The notes under the pieces are model-generated. The model ran no database searches. It was not told the origin of the DNA and saw only the letters and a program-made list of their open reading frames with translations. The position numbers were made by a program, and so were the translations under genes. This document shows positions 16,165 to 26,846 of a stretch of 64,000 bases of DNA, one piece after another. How positions within the stretch are numbered: the first letter of the stretch is position 1; each line of letters opens with the position of its first letter. The stretch is from an uncultured Rikenellaceae bacterium (lineage in GTDB: Bacteria; Bacteroidota; Bacteroidia; Bacteroidales; VadinHA17). The stretch lies in NCBI GenBank assembly GCA_964640125.1, contig CAZXGG010000009.1, forward strand, positions 6,398 to 70,397, read 5' to 3'.

Positions 16165-17718
16165 ATGAAAACAATCCGACACTTTGGTTTTCTATTGCTG
16201 TTTCTGTTACCCTTACTGGTTTCAGCGCAAACGGAACCGGTTGATCTGGAGATGATCCATAAGATCAAGCAGGAAGGACTCAGGAACTCAATGATTGAAG
16301 ATCTCTCATTCTGGATGACTGATGCTATTGGTTCGCGTTTACCCGGATCCACCGGAATGAAGCGTGCCACAGAAATGGCAAAACAAAAAATGGAGGAGAT
16401 TGGTCTCACCAATGTGGCTCTCGAATCCTGGGGTGAATTTGGCAAAGGTTGGGACAACACCAGATGTTATATTGCCATGGTCGCTCCCTACTACGTTCCC
16501 CTGATTGCTACACCAAAAGCCTGGACTGCCGGGACGGATGGTCTATTGAAATCGGAGGTAGTTCTGGTGGACATCCAGGATGAAGATGATTTTGAAGCCT
16601 ACAAAGGCAAACTACAGGGAAAAATTGTCACCTCATCCATCGTAACAGAGACACCTCCTGAATTTGAACCACTCGCAAGGCGCCTGACCGAAGAAGACCT
16701 GGAAAGGATTTCCTCGTTAGCAGCTCAGGGAGATCGGCGACGTTTCAATGAGGCTGACTTTGCCCGGTACAGGCAGATGAGGCAACTGCGGAACCAGATG
16801 AGCACCTTTTTTAAGGAGGAGGGTGCTGCTGCCATACTGACCCCATCCGGATCATTCGGAACCATCCGGTCAAGCGGAGCATCAGCCTCAGCAGAGGAGC
16901 CGGCAATTACCGAAATATTACTTACTACCGAACACCATGGAAGGATTGTGCGTCTCCTGCAACACGATATCCCGGTGGAGGTTGAAATGGAGGTAACGAA
17001 TGTTTTTCTTGACGAAGACCTGAACGATTACAACGTCATCGGTGAGATCCCGGGTACGGATAAGAATCTAAAGGATCAGGTCGTTATGGTTGGGGGTCAT
17101 CTCGATTGCTGGCATGGTGGTACAGGAGCCAATGACAATGCTTCCGGGTGCATTGTTATGATGGAAGCGCTGCGGATCCTGAATGCCATAGGGGTTAAAC
17201 CGCGACGGACAATACGCATAGCATTGTGGGGAGCCGAAGAGCAGGGTTTACTTGGTTCCCGGGGGTACGTTTCCAAACATTTTGCCGATCGATCCTCCAT
17301 GGAGACAAAACCGGAGCATGCAAAACTTTCGGCTTACTATAACATCGATAACGGGTCTGGCAAAGTGCGCGGGATCTATATGCAGGAAAACGATATGCTA
17401 CGACCCATTTTCGAAGCGTGGTTAAAGCCGTTTGAAGACATGGGTGCTTCGACCGTCACAAACCGTAATACCAGCGGGACGGATCACCTTTCATTCAATG
17501 CAGTTGGCCTCCCTGGATTCCAGTTCATCCAGGACCCGATCAATTATGGAAGAGGATATCACACCAATATGGATACCTACGAACGGCTTATGCTGGATGA
17601 CATGAAGCAAACAGCAATCATCGTTGCCTCATTCGTCTATCACACCGCCATGCGGGATGAACTTTTACCACGGAAACCGATGCCCGAACCACAGGAAAGG
17701 GGTGAGAGAAGGTTTTAG
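16165..17718 (+). CDS. M28 family metallopeptidase (with PA-like insert), secreted
   Basis: The start is ATG 16165 (MKTIRHFGFLLLFLLPLLVSAQ). M28 metal-binding motifs are GGHLDCWHGGTGANDNASG, ALWGAEEQGLLGSRGY and SGTDHLSF. Confidence 0.85.
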   Translation: MKTIRHFGFLLLFLLPLLVSAQTEPVDLEMIHKIKQEGLRNSMIEDLSFWMTDAIGSRLPGSTGMKRATEMAKQKMEEIGLTNVALESWGEFGKGWDNTRCYIAMVAPYYVPLIATPKAWTAGTDGLLKSEVVLVDIQDEDDFEAYKGKLQGKIVTSSIVTETPPEFEPLARRLTEEDLERISSLAAQGDRRRFNEADFARYRQMRQLRNQMSTFFKEEGAAAILTPSGSFGTIRSSGASASAEEPAITEILLTTEHHGRIVRLLQHDIPVEVEMEVTNVFLDEDLNDYNVIGEIPGTDKNLKDQVVMVGGHLDCWHGGTGANDNASGCIVMMEALRILNAIGVKPRRTIRIALWGAEEQGLLGSRGYVSKHFADRSSMETKPEHAKLSAYYNIDNGSGKVRGIYMQENDMLRPIFEAWLKPFEDMGASTVTNRNTSGTDHLSFNAVGLPGFQFIQDPINYGRGYHTNMDTYERLMLDDMKQTAIIVASFVYHTAMRDELLPRKPMPEPQERGERRF

Positions 17719-17817
17719 ATGACTCTCGGTTTCTTACTGCAAACTGAAGATTGAGGGGTGGATCCTGATTTCCTTAATGTTCAGGTATAAACTTATCTAC
17801 TTATACAAACGAGTGGA

Positions 17818-18594
17818 GTGAGCGAGTATTACACATTAATCACGGGCAGCAGCTCGGGAATAGGAAAAGCGTTGGCAATGGAATGTGCCCGGAGAAAGCA
17901 AAATCTTCTCCTGGTTGCTTTACCGGGTACTGCCCTTGAAAAATTCTCAGAAAAACTCAATAATGAGCTGGGGATACGATCTGATTTCTTTGGTACAGAC
18001 CTTACGGAGAAGGGAGCTGCACAGGAAGTATACGAATGGACCAGGGAAAAAAATTATAGCGTCAACATACTGATCAACAACGCTGGAATAAGTTTCGAAG
18101 GTCCATTTGAACAGTGCTCAACTGAATTTTATGAAAAAAGCCTGAAGTTGAATATGGGAGCTTTAGTGTCACTAACCCGTTTATTCATACCCGATATGAA
18201 AGAGCTTCCAAAAGCGCATATTTTAAACGTCGCCAGTGTGGCTTCCTATTTCCCCATCCCTTATAAATCGGTTTATTCAGCCTCAAAAATGTTTGTTCTT
18301 TCCTTTAGCCGGTCGTTGCGTGAAGAGTTTAAAAAAACAAATATCCGGATTTCAGTAGTTGCACCCGGACCGGTGGTCACAAATAGAAGAACGGCAATCA
18401 GTGCAATCGAAAAAGGGAAAATTGCACGGATGATGCATTCAAGGGTTAACTGCGTGGCACACTACGCTATTGAGAAGATGCTGCAAAACAAAGCCTTTAT
18501 CAAGCCCGGTTTCTTAAGTAAATCCATTTTCCTGATTGAAAAGATCCTGCCAACAACCATAAAAATGAAGTTAGCTACACTTATATTCAGATAA
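17818..18594 (+). CDS. SDR family oxidoreductase
   Basis: GTG start. It has the TGSSSGIGKA cofactor motif, NNAG, and YSASK catalytic residues. Confidence 0.85.
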   Translation: MSEYYTLITGSSSGIGKALAMECARRKQNLLLVALPGTALEKFSEKLNNELGIRSDFFGTDLTEKGAAQEVYEWTREKNYSVNILINNAGISFEGPFEQCSTEFYEKSLKLNMGALVSLTRLFIPDMKELPKAHILNVASVASYFPIPYKSVYSASKMFVLSFSRSLREEFKKTNIRISVVAPGPVVTNRRTAISAIEKGKIARMMHSRVNCVAHYAIEKMLQNKAFIKPGFLSKSIFLIEKILPTTIKMKLATLIFR

Positions 18595-18596
18595 AC

Positions 18597-19526
18597 ATGG
18601 TAAATATAGGTATCATCCAGCATGCTCCGGTTAACATGGATCTCCCAAAGAGCCTTGATAAAGCAGTTTCTCTCATACAGGAAGCGGCACAAAAGGGTGC
18701 AGAATTAATCCTCTTCGGCGAATCCTGGTTGTCCGGTTATCCGGCATGGCTTGATCATTCACCGGATGTATCCCTCTGGGACCACGATCCGATGAAAAAT
18801 GTGTTTTCCAGGATGATGCAAAACAGCATTCAGATTCCCGGAAAGGAGACCAAACTAATTGGTAGAATCGCCCGGAAGCTGAACGTTATTATCGGAATGG
18901 GTGTCAATGAACGTATCAATCAAGGATACGGAAACGGTAGCTTATTCAACAGCCTGATCCTTTTTGCTCCATCCGGTGATATTGTGGTTCATCACAGAAA
19001 GCTTATGCCAACCTATACGGAAAAATTGCTGTATGGACAGGGTGATGGGTTTGGGCTAATAACCTATCCTGCCCGTTTTGGTAGAATAGGAGGATTAATT
19101 TGCTGGGAACACTGGATGCCCCATGCAAGGCAAGCACTGCATCATGATGGAGAACTGGTTCATATTGCACTTTGGCCAAGTGTACACGAAGTTCATCAGT
19201 TGGCCAGCCGGCATTATGCATTTGAAGGTAGGTGCTTTGTTATCGCCATAGGTCAAATGATGAAGGTTGCAGATATCCCGGATGAATTAACCATTCCCAA
19301 TGATTTACGAAGAGGTTCTGACCGGTATATCCTGAATGGAGGAAGTTGCATTATCAGCCCCACCGGAACCTTCATTCTTGAACCGGTTTTCGATGAGGAG
19401 AAAATAATCCTTTACGGAATTGAACCTCAGGATGCGATCGGGGAAAAGATGACACTCGATACAGCCGGTCACTATTACAGACCGGACATATTTACTTTCG
19501 ATATCAACAGGGGCAGACCGGAATAG
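18597..19526 (+). CDS. Carbon-nitrogen hydrolase (nitrilase family)
   Basis: E-K-C triad contexts are present: LILFGESWLSGYP, HHRKLMPT and GGLICWEHWMP. Confidence 0.85.
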   Translation: MVNIGIIQHAPVNMDLPKSLDKAVSLIQEAAQKGAELILFGESWLSGYPAWLDHSPDVSLWDHDPMKNVFSRMMQNSIQIPGKETKLIGRIARKLNVIIGMGVNERINQGYGNGSLFNSLILFAPSGDIVVHHRKLMPTYTEKLLYGQGDGFGLITYPARFGRIGGLICWEHWMPHARQALHHDGELVHIALWPSVHEVHQLASRHYAFEGRCFVIAIGQMMKVADIPDELTIPNDLRRGSDRYILNGGSCIISPTGTFILEPVFDEEKIILYGIEPQDAIGEKMTLDTAGHYYRPDIFTFDINRGRPE

Positions 19527-19534
19527 AAAACCGG

Positions 19535-19909
19535 TTACTCAAACTCAATGAAGTTGAAATTGGTATCCAGTATGGAAGCGTAATATTCTCCCCGCTCGAG
19601 GATATCATCATCCCCCTCTTCATAGAACCAGTTGATCACCAATCTCAGTCCCATTTCAGTTAGCCTGCTGAGTTGCTGAAGAATGGTTAAAATATACTTC
19701 GCCGAGCCACTGTTGAAATATTCAAGTTTAATCTCAACGGTGGTCACCTCTTTTGGACTTTTACAATAATCCTCGATCCAGACAACCAGGGGATCAAAAA
19801 ATTTTGCCGGGTCTTCGTGTATCGACCGGCCGTTCATCTTAATCAACCCTTCCGGATCCAGAATAATGGCTGGTGTCTTCTTTGTGCTCTCAACAACGAC
19901 TCGTTCCAT
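19535..19909 (-). CDS. SiaC/DUF1987-like regulatory phosphoprotein
   Basis: 124 aa. TKKTPAIILDPEGLIKMNGRSIHEDP...VVWIEDY...IKLEYFNSGSAKYILTILQQL...VINWFYEEGDDDILERGEYY follows the SiaC pattern, including the NxxS(A/I)K phospho-site region. Confidence 0.7.
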   Translation of the reverse strand: MERVVVESTKKTPAIILDPEGLIKMNGRSIHEDPAKFFDPLVVWIEDYCKSPKEVTTVEIKLEYFNSGSAKYILTILQQLSRLTEMGLRLVINWFYEEGDDDILERGEYYASILDTNFNFIEFE

Positions 19910-19987
19910 ACGCTATTCTTTCAAGGAATAAAGATATAATTTTGTTCCATAAAATGAAAAGATGCTCATTTTTTAATTTCTCTGTAA

Positions 19988-21124
19988 TCAGTTTACTTCC
20001 AGGTTATCTCTGGAAGGCAATTCAGGAAACGGAATGTGTGGTTCGGTCTGGTACCAGAACGCTACGGAAGAGATGTCATCCTGAAGTGGCAGATACCTTC
20101 CTCCGCTTCTCCACCCCAGTGCCTGAATGGTTACTTTCAGGTCCTTTTCGAACCGAACGGGATCGGTAATGTGCCATCGATACATTCCCAGCCGGGTTTG
20201 CGATTCCCATAACCCATCCGGTTTAAAAACATGAAAGCCGGCATAGGGTGTCGTGTATTCTTTGTAATCACCTTCAGAGGTAAAACCATACGATCCGCAA
20301 AAATAATCTTCAGTTCCTGTGCCACAGATGGTTGGAAACTCAGCATCGCCATCCATGTAAAATTTGATCTCTCCTTCGCCCCACCATCCGGAATTATTCG
20401 ATCCCCAGGCAAGATAGGTACCAACGTAATGGCCCTGTCCCTTCACCCTGTCCAGGATGGTGTAGACCTTTTTATAGGGAAGTGGGTTTTCCCTCCTGAA
20501 CTGGGCATGGAAATAAGCAGCATCATCCGGCACAGCGGTTAAGGTATAGTTAATCTGATAATAGAGCGTCATGCGGTTATCATCGATGTTCTCAACCGTG
20601 ATTTTGCATCCCTTCCGGAAAGGCATTACCCAGTAACAGTTTAGTCCACTGCCGGGATTCACGCAGACTGCCAGGGATGATATCTGCTTGAATTTGCCCC
20701 ATCCTACACCAAAGAAATCACCCAGAGGAACTTCCACGGAAGGGGCCTTTTCATTGTCCCAGTAAATCCGCAGGATCGAGAATCTCCAATTGCCGGATGG
20801 AGTCATCCAGATTTGCTGAACTGCTCCCGGACCTTCGATCTCAGCGATGGTAAAAGTCTGTCCCGGTTCAATGTGGATATAGGGATTCACTTTCCATCCC
20901 TGTCCCAATTCCCGGGCAGCATGTCCAGCATTCCCCTCCTCCAGGGTAGCCATACCTCCCTTTCCCTGCTCTCCTGTAAAATTTTCGGGACTAATGGATC
21001 TGGTCTTTGCATTCGAAAGACGGTACAGGTTATTCAAATGCACATTCAATCCGTTAAAACCTTCCTGTGCCATAGCAAGAATAAAAATAGAAAATAATGT
21101 TAAACAAAGGGTCAATTTTTTCAT
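19988..21124 (-). CDS. Secreted DUF2961 / GH172-family glycoside hydrolase
   Basis: Signal peptide MKKLTLCLTLFSIFILAMAQ. Motifs are YFHAQFRRENP, GQGHYVGTYLAW, WWGEGEIKFYMDGD and PTICGTGTEDYF. Confidence 0.75.
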   Translation of the reverse strand: MKKLTLCLTLFSIFILAMAQEGFNGLNVHLNNLYRLSNAKTRSISPENFTGEQGKGGMATLEEGNAGHAARELGQGWKVNPYIHIEPGQTFTIAEIEGPGAVQQIWMTPSGNWRFSILRIYWDNEKAPSVEVPLGDFFGVGWGKFKQISSLAVCVNPGSGLNCYWVMPFRKGCKITVENIDDNRMTLYYQINYTLTAVPDDAAYFHAQFRRENPLPYKKVYTILDRVKGQGHYVGTYLAWGSNNSGWWGEGEIKFYMDGDAEFPTICGTGTEDYFCGSYGFTSEGDYKEYTTPYAGFHVFKPDGLWESQTRLGMYRWHITDPVRFEKDLKVTIQALGWRSGGRYLPLQDDISSVAFWYQTEPHIPFPELPSRDNLEVN

Positions 21125-21170
21125 GGTTCCGGTTTTTTGATTTATCGATACTTGATACTTGTCAGGTGGT

Positions 21171-22190
21171 TTATATAGGGAACCGGGCTACAGGCGATAC
21201 GTCCAACCCGGAAAATTCTTTTTTCAAATACTTGTAGTAACCGGTAGTTGCTATCATTGCCGCATTATCTGTTGTATATCTGATCTCCGGGATATAGATC
21301 TTCCAACCCATTTTTCCGGCATGTTTTTCCAGTGCGGTACGTAAACCGGAATTTGCCGATACACCTCCCGCAATGGCGATCTGCTGAATACCCGTTTCTT
21401 CCGATGCAGACACCAGTTTTTCAATCAATACCTCAACAATAGTTGACTGGAGAGCAGCAGAGAGATCCGGCAGGTTTTGCTTGATAAACTCCGGGTTATC
21501 TTTTACGTGGTCGCGGATCAGGTACAGAAACGAAGTTTTCAGTCCACTGAAGCTAAAATCCAAGCCGCTGATCTGCGGTTTCGAAAATCTGAAAGCCTGG
21601 GGATTTCCTGATTTGGCAAGCCTGTCAATCTGGGGCCCTGCAGGGTAGGACAGCCCCACCACCTTGCCGCATTTATCAAACGCTTCCCCGGCTGCATCAT
21701 CAATGGTTCTCCCAATGGTTTCCATCTCAAGATAATCCCTGACAACGACCAGTTCGGTATGGCCTCCTGAAACCAGCAAGCACAAGAACGGGAAATCCGG
21801 GTATCTCTTTTTCTCTCCTTTCTCCCGGATAAAATGGGTCAATACATGAGCCTGCAGGTGATTGACCTCAATTAGGGGTATCTCTCTGGCAAGAGCAAAT
21901 CCTTTTGCAAAGCTTGTTCCCACCAGAAGCGATCCGAGTAGCCCCGGACCTTTCGTAAAAGCAACAGCTGATAGGGATTCAATGGGTATCCCGGCATCAC
22001 TCAATGCCCGGTCAACCACGGGAACAATGTTTTGCTGATGTGCCCTGGAAGCCAGTTCAGGAACCACACCACCATACGATTTATGCACATCCTGGTTGGA
22101 AATTATATTCGACAGAATAAACCCGTCCCGGACAATTGCCGCAGATGTATCGTCACAGGAAGATTCAATACCGAGGATGATGATGCTCAT
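21171..22190 (-). CDS. tsaD: tRNA N6-adenosine threonylcarbamoyltransferase
   Basis: ILGIESSCDDTSAA, VNHLQAHV and LLVSGGHTE are present, and the length of 339 aa fits. Confidence 0.92.
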   Translation of the reverse strand: MSIIILGIESSCDDTSAAIVRDGFILSNIISNQDVHKSYGGVVPELASRAHQQNIVPVVDRALSDAGIPIESLSAVAFTKGPGLLGSLLVGTSFAKGFALAREIPLIEVNHLQAHVLTHFIREKGEKKRYPDFPFLCLLVSGGHTELVVVRDYLEMETIGRTIDDAAGEAFDKCGKVVGLSYPAGPQIDRLAKSGNPQAFRFSKPQISGLDFSFSGLKTSFLYLIRDHVKDNPEFIKQNLPDLSAALQSTIVEVLIEKLVSASEETGIQQIAIAGGVSANSGLRTALEKHAGKMGWKIYIPEIRYTTDNAAMIATTGYYKYLKKEFSGLDVSPVARFPI

Positions 22191-22226
22191 TTTAATACCC
22201 TAATATACTGGTAATTTGAACTATTT

Positions 22227-25200
22227 TTGCTTTTTTTACGTTTTATTATAAACATTAAATTTATCAAAAAAAGATATAAAATATCATTCCTTATCCTGCT
22301 TATCCTTCTCCTTGTTCCGGTGAGTGGTTATTTTGCATTGCAAAACAGCAAGGTGCAAACCTTCCTTGTACATCGTATTACAAAGGAGCTGTCTGAAAGC
22401 CTTAATGCCAAATTTACGGTAGAATCCGTTCATTTTAAATTCTTTAACAGGCTGGTTCTCCATAACGTGATGGTTGAAGATCAGCAGCAGGATACATTGT
22501 TATTTACCAGGCAGTTAACCGGTCACATTAAATCCTTTAACCGCAAAAAGAAAAAAATCGCATTATCCAGGGTTATTCTTGAACAGACAAGCTTTAACCT
22601 GAAGACAGACTCTGCCGGTACAATCAACCTGAAATTCATCATCCATGCGATCAAGAGCCGGCAAGACACTTCCGGTGCTAACCTGGATCTGAGCATTTCC
22701 AGAATCGAGTTACGCGAATCCTCCTTCTCCCTGAAGCTATACAAGTCCAGACAAAAAAAGGAAGGTATCAACTTCACAGATCTTAATCTGAATGATCTTT
22801 CAGTTGAACTGGATGATTTTTATATTCTCAATGATACTGTCGGATTTCAAATTAACGACCTTGCATTTACCGATAAAAGTGGATTCCATGTTGACCGGTG
22901 GAATACCCATTTTCAGATTTGCCCAACCTGCCTGGAATTTACTGATGTATCTATCATTACACCCCTTTCCGAACTGTTTGCAGAAAAATTATCCTTTAAC
23001 TACCGGGATTACGATGATTTGAAAGATTTCATTAACAGGGTGGATCTTGACCTTGGGATCAATGCCTCAGACCTTGATTTTCAAGATATTGCTTACTTTG
23101 CCCCCGGTTTGAGCTGGATGAATCAGAACATAGACCTTAGCGGCAGGTTTACAGGCAATATCAGTGACTTCAAGGGGAAACGTGTATTGATTCAATTTTC
23201 CGATTTGACGCGGATAGAAGGCAATTTTGAGATTGAGGGCCTGCCGGACATCAATGAAGCATTCCTATTTGTCGACATCAAAAACATGACCACAAGCATT
23301 GAGAACCTGGAGCAGTTTGAAAAACCAGGAACGGGAGAAAAGATCGTGCTGCCTGAAAGCTTTAAACGATTAGAGATCATCAATTTTGATGGAAATTTTA
23401 CCGGTTTTATCGATGATTTTGTTACCTATGGCACGTTCACTTCAAACCTGGGAGCCATCTCTACTGACCTGTCAATAAAACCCGACACAGCCGGATTCCT
23501 GGACTTCAGGGGCAGGCTCAAAACATTCGATTTCGATATTGGCAAACTAACCAGCAGCGAGAAATTCGTTGGCAAATTGAATATGAATGTCATTCTGGAC
23601 GGACAGATCCAGTCGGCTGAAGAATTTATCGCATCGCTGGAAGGAATTGTTGAAGGCATAGAAGTTAACGGATACGATTACACGAACATTAGTGTTGAAG
23701 GTGATTTTACCGAAAAAGCGTATGATGGATCCATTTCCATTGAAGATCCTAACGTGAAGCTTGATTTTCTCGGTCGGCTTGATTTCTCAGGTGATATCCC
23801 GGAATTTGATTTTACGGCGAATGTTCTGAGGGTTAAGCTGCATAACCTGAACATCGATAAAGCCGATACAAACTCGCTCCTCTCTTTTTTACTGACAGCC
23901 AATTTTACCGGGAACAACATGGATAATATGAATGGAGATATCAAACTTCTTAACCTAAATTTTGACCGGCTTGGTAAAAACCTCCAGGTTTACGATTTTA
24001 CCCTGACAGCTGATAACCAGATTGATACAAGCTCCATTAAACTCAGGACAGATTTTGTTGACGGGGAACTGATTGGTAAATATGAATTTGCTTACATGCC
24101 CTCTTCCATTCAATCCTTTGTTTCCCAATATATTCCGGCAATCTTTGGATCACGTATAGATACCTCAGGCATCAACCTGAACCAGTTTGGATTCGATCTC
24201 CGGTTTAAAAATACAGATAAACTGACCTCTTTTTTCTTCCCGGACTATTCCGTCTCTGAAAATGCCAGATTAAGTGGTCAGTTTGATCCTGTAAGAAACA
24301 GGCTATCGATGGAAGGCAAAGCAGACCAGCTTGTATTTAAAGGAAATGAAATCAATAATCTTCTATTTACTTCCGAATGCATCGACAGCCTGTTCTACCT
24401 CAACCTGCTTAGTGATGATATGACTATCGGAGGAAATCTTGATTTTCAGAATATTCACATTTCATCCGATGCAATAGATAACAGGCTGGATCTTACCATA
24501 AAATGGATGAATGTGGATAGCTTACGGAATGAAGGGATTCTGAATGCAACAGCCAATTTTTCCCGGGAAAATGATGTGAGCAAACCACACATCGACATAT
24601 TGATCGATCGTACAAACATTTACATCAAAGATTTGTTATGGCTCATTAATCAGAGCACAATAGAGGTGGATTCAACGTTGATCACCATCAATGATTTCTC
24701 TGTAGCCAGAGAGGACCAGCTTTTCCTGGTTTCCGGAACAGTTTCTGAACATGAAACCGATACGTTGCATGTGGAATTTCAAAACCTGATGCTTTCTTCA
24801 CTCAACGCATTAACAAAAACCGACAGGATTCAACTGGATGGTATTGCTAACGGTGAAGCCGATTTCTCGGGAGTGTATCATAATCCGCTTTTCCGTTCCG
24901 ATATTGAGATTGAAGACCTGGTTATCAATGAAGAATTTCTCGGAAATTCGCGGATAGTAAGTACCTGGGATACGTTGAATAATAACCTTCATCTTCATAC
25001 ATACACTAAACGGGGAGAGTTAACCACCCTGGATCTTGAGGGTGATTATTCCCCTTATAACAAGGAAATTGATTTTTCCCTGAACCTTAACAAACTGAGA
25101 TTAAACATATTCCGCCCTTTCCTGAGGAATCTTGCATCCGATCTCAATGGAATAGCTACCGGGGAGATCCGGGTTGAGGGGACACTCAATCAACCGCTCA

Positions 25201-26717
25201 CTAACGGAATGATTACACTCCAAAAAACCTCTTTTATCATCGACTACCTGCAAACGAAGTATAATTTTACGGATGAGTTTACCATTACCGATAACATCAT
25301 CTCGTTTAGTGATGTCCAGGTTTTTGATCCTTACGGAAATGTTGCAATAACCAGAGGAACCATATCGAATGAATACTTCAGAAATTTTGTTTTTAACATC
25401 ACGCTTGAACCCAAAAAATTCCTCTTCCTGTCAACCCGTGAAGAGGATAATAATGATTTTTTTGGCACTGCCTATGGAACCGGGATTGTTAAAATTACAG
25501 GTCCTCCCAAAAACCTGATGCTCGATGTTTCGGCGAAAACCGAAAGCGGTACCCGGTTTTTCATACCCTTGAATCCGGAAGGGGATGTTGCCGCATATAG
25601 TTTTGTAACCTTTATTAGCACAGGCGTTCAGGAAACCGTTGAAAAGGAAAATAACCGGTACGAAGTTAATCTGTCCGGTATTGAAATGAAGTTTGACCTT
25701 GAAGTAACTCCCGAAGCGGAAGTCCAGCTGGTATTCGATTCAAAAATCGGAGATATCATAAAAGCCACCGGATCGGGAAAAATAACCCTGTTGATCAATA
25801 CCCTTGGAGACTTCCGCATTTATGGTGACTACCAGATTGAAAGTGGAGATTATCTCTTTACGCTTCAGAATGTGATCAACAAGAGATTCACCGTACGCAA
25901 AGGGGGTACCATTACCTGGAACGGAGACCCGGCGGATGCTTACATTAACCTGCAGGCAGTCTATAACGTCAGAACATCTCTTCGAAACCTCTTTAACGAT
26001 GAGTCCTATAACAAACGATATCCCGTCGAGTGTCAGTTAAACCTGTCCAATAAACTGACGAATCCGGATATCCAGCTTGATATCCTTCTCCCTACTGCTG
26101 ATGAGGAGACAAAAACCCTGTTGAAAAATTCGTTGAATACGGAAGAGAAGTTAAGCAAACAGTTTCTTTCCCTGCTGGTTATTAACAGTTTCCTGCCCGA
26201 TCCCAACCTGGCATCTTCAGCGGACCAACATTCCAGGACATCGGATTACGCTCCTGCTGTCGGGGTAACCACCAGCGAATTGTTATCGAATCAGTTGAGT
26301 TATTGGCTTTCGCAGATCAGCAATGATTTTGACATCGGTTTCAGCTACATGCCAGGGGATGAAATTACCACCAATCAGGTAGAGGTAGCATTATCAACCC
26401 AGTTGCTAAACGACCGGGTAACCATAAATACAAATCTGGGTGTGGGAGGACAAAACGTGGAAGCACAGAATGCCCCTACGGGCGAATCATCAGAAAATAC
26501 TTCCAACATCGTGGGTGATTTTTCTGTCGATATCAAATTAACACGGAGTGGTAAACTCAGGATGAAGGCGTTTAACAGAGCCAATGACAACCGGTTGTAT
26601 GAACTGGCTCCCTATACTCAGGGTATTGGATTGTTTTACCGTGAGGACTTCAATAGTTTTAAGGAGCTCATGAACAAGTATTGGAGCAAGCTTTTCTCCC
26701 AAAAGAAGGAGCTCTGA
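22227..26717 (+). CDS. tamB: Translocation/assembly module protein TamB-like (DUF490 C-terminus)
   Basis: 1496 aa with an N-terminal TM anchor (ISFLILLILLLVPVSGYFAL). It has a long beta-rich repetitive body and a C-terminal DUF490-like part. The only in-frame start before the TM segment is TTG 22227, so the start is uncertain. Confidence 0.7.
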   Translation: MLFLRFIINIKFIKKRYKISFLILLILLLVPVSGYFALQNSKVQTFLVHRITKELSESLNAKFTVESVHFKFFNRLVLHNVMVEDQQQDTLLFTRQLTGHIKSFNRKKKKIALSRVILEQTSFNLKTDSAGTINLKFIIHAIKSRQDTSGANLDLSISRIELRESSFSLKLYKSRQKKEGINFTDLNLNDLSVELDDFYILNDTVGFQINDLAFTDKSGFHVDRWNTHFQICPTCLEFTDVSIITPLSELFAEKLSFNYRDYDDLKDFINRVDLDLGINASDLDFQDIAYFAPGLSWMNQNIDLSGRFTGNISDFKGKRVLIQFSDLTRIEGNFEIEGLPDINEAFLFVDIKNMTTSIENLEQFEKPGTGEKIVLPESFKRLEIINFDGNFTGFIDDFVTYGTFTSNLGAISTDLSIKPDTAGFLDFRGRLKTFDFDIGKLTSSEKFVGKLNMNVILDGQIQSAEEFIASLEGIVEGIEVNGYDYTNISVEGDFTEKAYDGSISIEDPNVKLDFLGRLDFSGDIPEFDFTANVLRVKLHNLNIDKADTNSLLSFLLTANFTGNNMDNMNGDIKLLNLNFDRLGKNLQVYDFTLTADNQIDTSSIKLRTDFVDGELIGKYEFAYMPSSIQSFVSQYIPAIFGSRIDTSGINLNQFGFDLRFKNTDKLTSFFFPDYSVSENARLSGQFDPVRNRLSMEGKADQLVFKGNEINNLLFTSECIDSLFYLNLLSDDMTIGGNLDFQNIHISSDAIDNRLDLTIKWMNVDSLRNEGILNATANFSRENDVSKPHIDILIDRTNIYIKDLLWLINQSTIEVDSTLITINDFSVAREDQLFLVSGTVSEHETDTLHVEFQNLMLSSLNALTKTDRIQLDGIANGEADFSGVYHNPLFRSDIEIEDLVINEEFLGNSRIVSTWDTLNNNLHLHTYTKRGELTTLDLEGDYSPYNKEIDFSLNLNKLRLNIFRPFLRNLASDLNGIATGEIRVEGTLNQPLTNGMITLQKTSFIIDYLQTKYNFTDEFTITDNIISFSDVQVFDPYGNVAITRGTISNEYFRNFVFNITLEPKKFLFLSTREEDNNDFFGTAYGTGIVKITGPPKNLMLDVSAKTESGTRFFIPLNPEGDVAAYSFVTFISTGVQETVEKENNRYEVNLSGIEMKFDLEVTPEAEVQLVFDSKIGDIIKATGSGKITLLINTLGDFRIYGDYQIESGDYLFTLQNVINKRFTVRKGGTITWNGDPADAYINLQAVYNVRTSLRNLFNDESYNKRYPVECQLNLSNKLTNPDIQLDILLPTADEETKTLLKNSLNTEEKLSKQFLSLLVINSFLPDPNLASSADQHSRTSDYAPAVGVTTSELLSNQLSYWLSQISNDFDIGFSYMPGDEITTNQVEVALSTQLLNDRVTINTNLGVGGQNVEAQNAPTGESSENTSNIVGDFSVDIKLTRSGKLRMKAFNRANDNRLYELAPYTQGIGLFYREDFNSFKELMNKYWSKLFSQKKEL

Positions 26718-26846
26718 ACAGACCCTTCAAATTATTTGCAGGTTTTTTCTGTTTTTCAACAAAACGCATAACCGTTGTTAATATTTTCTGTAAATTCGCA
26801 GCTTTCAAAGTTGCAGTATTCAAGATTACCTGATCAAATTTTTCTA

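Noticed and set aside
22222-22229. TATTTTTG, matching the Bacteroidota TAnnTTTG -7 box, considered as the tamB promoter.
   Set aside because: It overlaps the only usable in-frame start codon (TTG 22227) that precedes the essential N-terminal TM anchor, so it cannot be the -7 element for this gene.
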